Of a DNA stretch of 64,000 nt, positions 60,681 to 64,000 are shown piece after piece (position 1 is the stretch's first letter; each line of letters starts with the position of its first letter). The stretch lies in assembly GCA_964016885.1 (NCBI GenBank), contig OZ024743.1, positions 81,096,001 through 81,160,000 of the forward strand. Direction: 5' to 3'. Under the pieces are notes generated by a model. That model saw only the letters and a program-made list of their open reading frames with translations. It ran no database searches and was not told the DNA's origin. Source of the stretch: Eledone cirrhosa. Taxonomy: Eukaryota. The translations under genes were made by a program, and so were the position numbers.

Positions 60681-60864
60681 TATACGGTCTATACGTGTAT
60701 GTTAGTAGTGCCGTGTCATGTTTCTCTATGTTGTGCAGCCTTCTCTCTTGCCATTATCCACATACTTCAGCTCCTCTGTAGGACGCTAATCACGTGATAA
60801 CACTTCCGTTCGGATGTTATCGTGACTAGCGGACAATTCAGTCGAATTCTTTCTTGTTTTAAAA

Positions 60865-60936
60865 TGTTCCCTGATGATTTGAGATTTCCACAGCTCAAAA
60901 TACTGAATTGGGCTCAATGAAACTGCAGTTGGGACG
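60865..60936 (+). ncRNA. Type I hammerhead ribozyme
   Basis: tgttcc-CTGATGA(60871)-ttgag...ctcaa-GAAAC-tgca-GTT-gggacg. Stem III is the palindrome actgcagt. Confidence 0.7.
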
Positions 60937-60994
60937 CTCTGAGTAAATAGGTAAATCTTTCTTTTATCTTATTTGGGTTTCCGAAATTAATTCA

Positions 60995-61038
<44 letters not shown>

Positions 61039-61406
61039 CACACACGCACACACACACACACACACACATACATACATACATACATACATACATACATACA
61101 TACATACATACATACATACATACATACATACATCATAAGTGGGAAAATCATACAAGTTAACAAGCTAGTTCAACGTTCCGGCACCAGTTTCGCCGTATTT
61201 GCTACAGCTTAGATATTCCTATAAATTTGGGTATCGATAGCTCATAATAGTCTTCTTTTCTGTTGGTTGTGTATATGTGTAAGTCCCGGGATTATCTATA
61301 TGTTAATAACTGTCCATCATTTATATGTCCAGCCCTAGAAAATGTAAAATTTTTATTTATTATTCAAGGAATACAACAATATCAACAAGAAAGACTACTT
61401 CAAAGA

Positions 61407-61732
61407 AAGCCGCACCGAGATTTGAAATCAGATCGTTGAATTTAAAGTCCAGAATGCTAACCATTACATCATTAAACCTGTTGTTAAGCAGCCAAAACCA
61501 ATCGTTAATTATAAAGTCAAGCAAAAAGGATGCCTTAAAATACGGTTAAATTCTTCGAGTCCCACTCGGACCTGTATATTCAAAGTCCAACACATTAATA
61601 CATGGAACCCCTAATCTTTATTTAGAAACTCAAACAGAAAGGACGTCTTAAAAAAGGGATAAGTCTGATCGAGAGTTGAACTCGGACCTGTATCTTCTAA
61701 GTCGTTAGCGTCAAACATTACTCCACCAAACT
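61407..61732 (-). pseudogene. Three tandem tRNA-Gln-derived relics (61407-61478, 61550-61609, 61661-61732)
   Basis: The first copy, ggtttaatgatgtaatggttagcattctggactttaaattcaacgatctgatttcaaatctcggtg, closely follows metazoan tRNA-Gln as I recall it. Stems are broken and the spacers are similar to each other. Confidence 0.7.
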
Positions 61733-62185
61733 CCTAATCTTTAATTATAAAACTCAAGTTGAGATAGAATTTACTGTTCCAATGTTTTCCACCCCATGTC
61801 AGTCATCTTAACTTCTCAATATCTCCTGTCCTATAAATCTTTCTTTTATAGCAAAATCCAAAAGACAAATAAAGACGTAATTCTTTACTCGGATTACATT
61901 AGGGGTATATAAGGATTAGATTAGGGATACATTGACCCCTATTAAATGTCATCAGAGCCCCTATCCCTACACATTAATGATATATTAGTAATTACCCTGA
62001 AGTTGGCAAAATTACGTTGGACGGACTAATTCTGAAATACAGCTGCATGTAGTGTTGATATGGTACTGGTTGATAGAGAGGGGGAGGAGTGAGTGAGGGA
62101 GAGGAGGATGAGGGAGAGAGGGGGAGGGGGTGTAGAGAGAGAGGGTGAGGAGGGAATGAGAGAGAGAGGTGAGGAGGAGAGAGAG

Positions 62186-62490
62186 TGTGACCGTGGTTTA
62201 GTGGTGAAAGTGTTCAGCTCTCGAAAGTTTGTTCTCACGATTCCATGAGTCACCTTGTGTCCTTGAGCAAGGAACTTTATTTATTTCCTATTTTTCCAAT
62301 TCATTCGACCGAGAAAAAAGACATTTTTATCTGTAATTCAAAAGATCAGCGTTGCCACAATCTGTCGCATGCTGAATCTCCCTGCAGACTTCGTTAACGA
62401 TACACGTGTCTGTGGAATGCTGAAACACTTGCATGTTAATTTCACGTGCGGGATGTTCCGTTGATCAAGTAACTAGACTAGAGCTCCCTC
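62186..62490 (+). mobile_element. CORE-type SINE (second family), diverged
   Basis: tRNA-like head, gtgtccttgagcaagga core, and a 3' part shared with the 63485 copy. Confidence 0.7.
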
Positions 62491-62569
62491 TGGTGGCTAT
62501 ATGTAGTTAATATTAACAATGGTTCTATAACTCGTGTCACCAGCATGGCGGTGACATCTGACAAAATCA

Positions 62570-63003
62570 AAGACAGACAGACAGACAGACAGATAGATAG
62601 ACATACAGACAGATAGATAGACATACAGACAGATAGATAGACATACAGACAGATAGACAGACATACAGACAGATAGACAGACAGATAGATAGACATACAG
62701 ACAGATAGACAGACATACAGACAGATAGATAGACATACAGACAGATAGACAGACATACAGACAGATAGATAGACATACAGACAGATAGACAGACATACAG
62801 ACAGATAGATAGACATACAGACAGATAGACAGACAGACAGATAGATAGATAGACATACAGACAGACATACAGACCGATAGACATACAGATAGATAGACAG
62901 ACAGACAGACAGACAGGCAGACAGACAGACAGACAGACAGACAGATAGACAGACAGACATACATACATACAGGCACACAGACAGGCACACAGAGAGACAG
63001 TCA

Positions 63004-63072
<69 letters not shown>

Positions 63073-63215
63073 CGTACAGACACACAGAGACAGACAGGTC
63101 GACACACACATACACACACAGATATACAGCCAGACATACATGAAGACAGACTGACAGACTGACACACGCACACATAGAAACGGACAGACACACACAGCCT
63201 GGGAGACTGACAGAC
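62570..63215. repeat. (AGAC)/(AGAT)/(ACAT) compound microsatellite
   Basis: Direct reading. Confidence 0.95.
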
Positions 63216-63484
63216 ATTGACATAAGGATTCAATATTAACATTGGAATAACAATGTCTCGTTCGTCAACATAAGTCTGTCAAAGTGATAGCCACAAACGG
63301 CTCTCACTTTTATTATCCACCATCTGTGATGTCCAATGTGAAGATTTTGGTAAATAATTCCCTGGAGGAATGGAGTTCCCATATTCTGTTTACTGCCAGT
63401 CAATCCTTTCTGTATACCTCACATTTAATTCTTCCTCCCTATAAAATAAATAATTAATTCTTTAATTATATGAGGAATCGAGAA

Positions 63485-63735
63485 GACACATGGCTGAATG
63501 GTTATGGTACCCAGGTAACAAACATAAGTTCGCGAGTTCGATTTCAGGCGGCATGTTGTGTCCTTGAGCAATACACTTTATTCCATGTGGCTTCAGCTCA
63601 ATCAGCGGGCAAAAATGTGTTGAACCCCTAATTCAAAGTATCAGATTTGTGACACTCCCTGTCACGTTGAATATCTTTTAGAACTACGTTAAGGTTACAC
63701 GTGGCTGTGGAATTCTCAGCCACTTGCACTATTAT
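63485..63735 (+). mobile_element. CORE-type SINE (second family)
   Basis: tggctgaatggtt...gagttcgattt...gtgtccttgagcaatacacttta...gaactacgttaaggttacacgt. Confidence 0.72.
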
Positions 63736-63789
63736 GTTGTCTGATTTAGACACAAGACAAAACATTACATATATATGTATATATATTCA

Positions 63790-63920
63790 GGAACAAGCTG
63801 TTGAAACGGCTAGAGCTCAGCCGTGCAGCCCTGACTGTTTCTAATAGTCACACTCTACTATACCAAGTATAGTACTCTGTTGAAAAATGGTTTAACTTGT
63901 TTAAGACTGGTTTACTTCTG
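63790..63920 (+). mobile_element. Diverged family A-like fragment between (TA)n tracts
   Basis: gctgttGAAACggctagagctcagccgt...cactctacta...agtactct resembles the reverse complement of the 47731 copy. Confidence 0.5.
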
Positions 63921-63951
<31 letters not shown>

Positions 63952-63952
63952 C

Positions 63953-64000
<48 letters not shown>

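Noticed and set aside
63240-63430. Possible host exon on the minus strand (FTLDITDGG, faintly cadherin-like)
   Set aside because: Stops immediately flank the motif and no other cadherin motifs are present.

Overview
AT-rich, microsatellite-saturated eukaryotic DNA with no host protein-coding gene that I can support. The repeat content is what I associate with an octopus (coleoid cephalopod) genome; this is an inference, not a database match. The real coding content is all transposon-derived: a 5'-truncated RTE LINE with an uninterrupted frame and a PHD-like finger inside its RT (396-3345), two Penelope-like elements (4134-6390 +, 54950-56598 -), a Dong/R4 RLE fragment (29684-30325 -), a full-length Tx1/L1-group LINE (30357-36382), a second truncated Tx1 (50119-52138), and an internally deleted Helitron (58900-60599). 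There are also about 20 SINE copies, small DNA-transposon MITEs, minisatellites and tRNA-Gln-derived relics. Most ORFs in the supplied track are microsatellite artefacts. The most striking signals are (i) about a dozen minimal type I hammerhead-ribozyme motifs, several inside short fold-back elements between (TA)n tracts that carry one motif on each strand, and (ii) several retroelement families each embedded in its own microsatellite type (TA, ATT/TAA, TATC).
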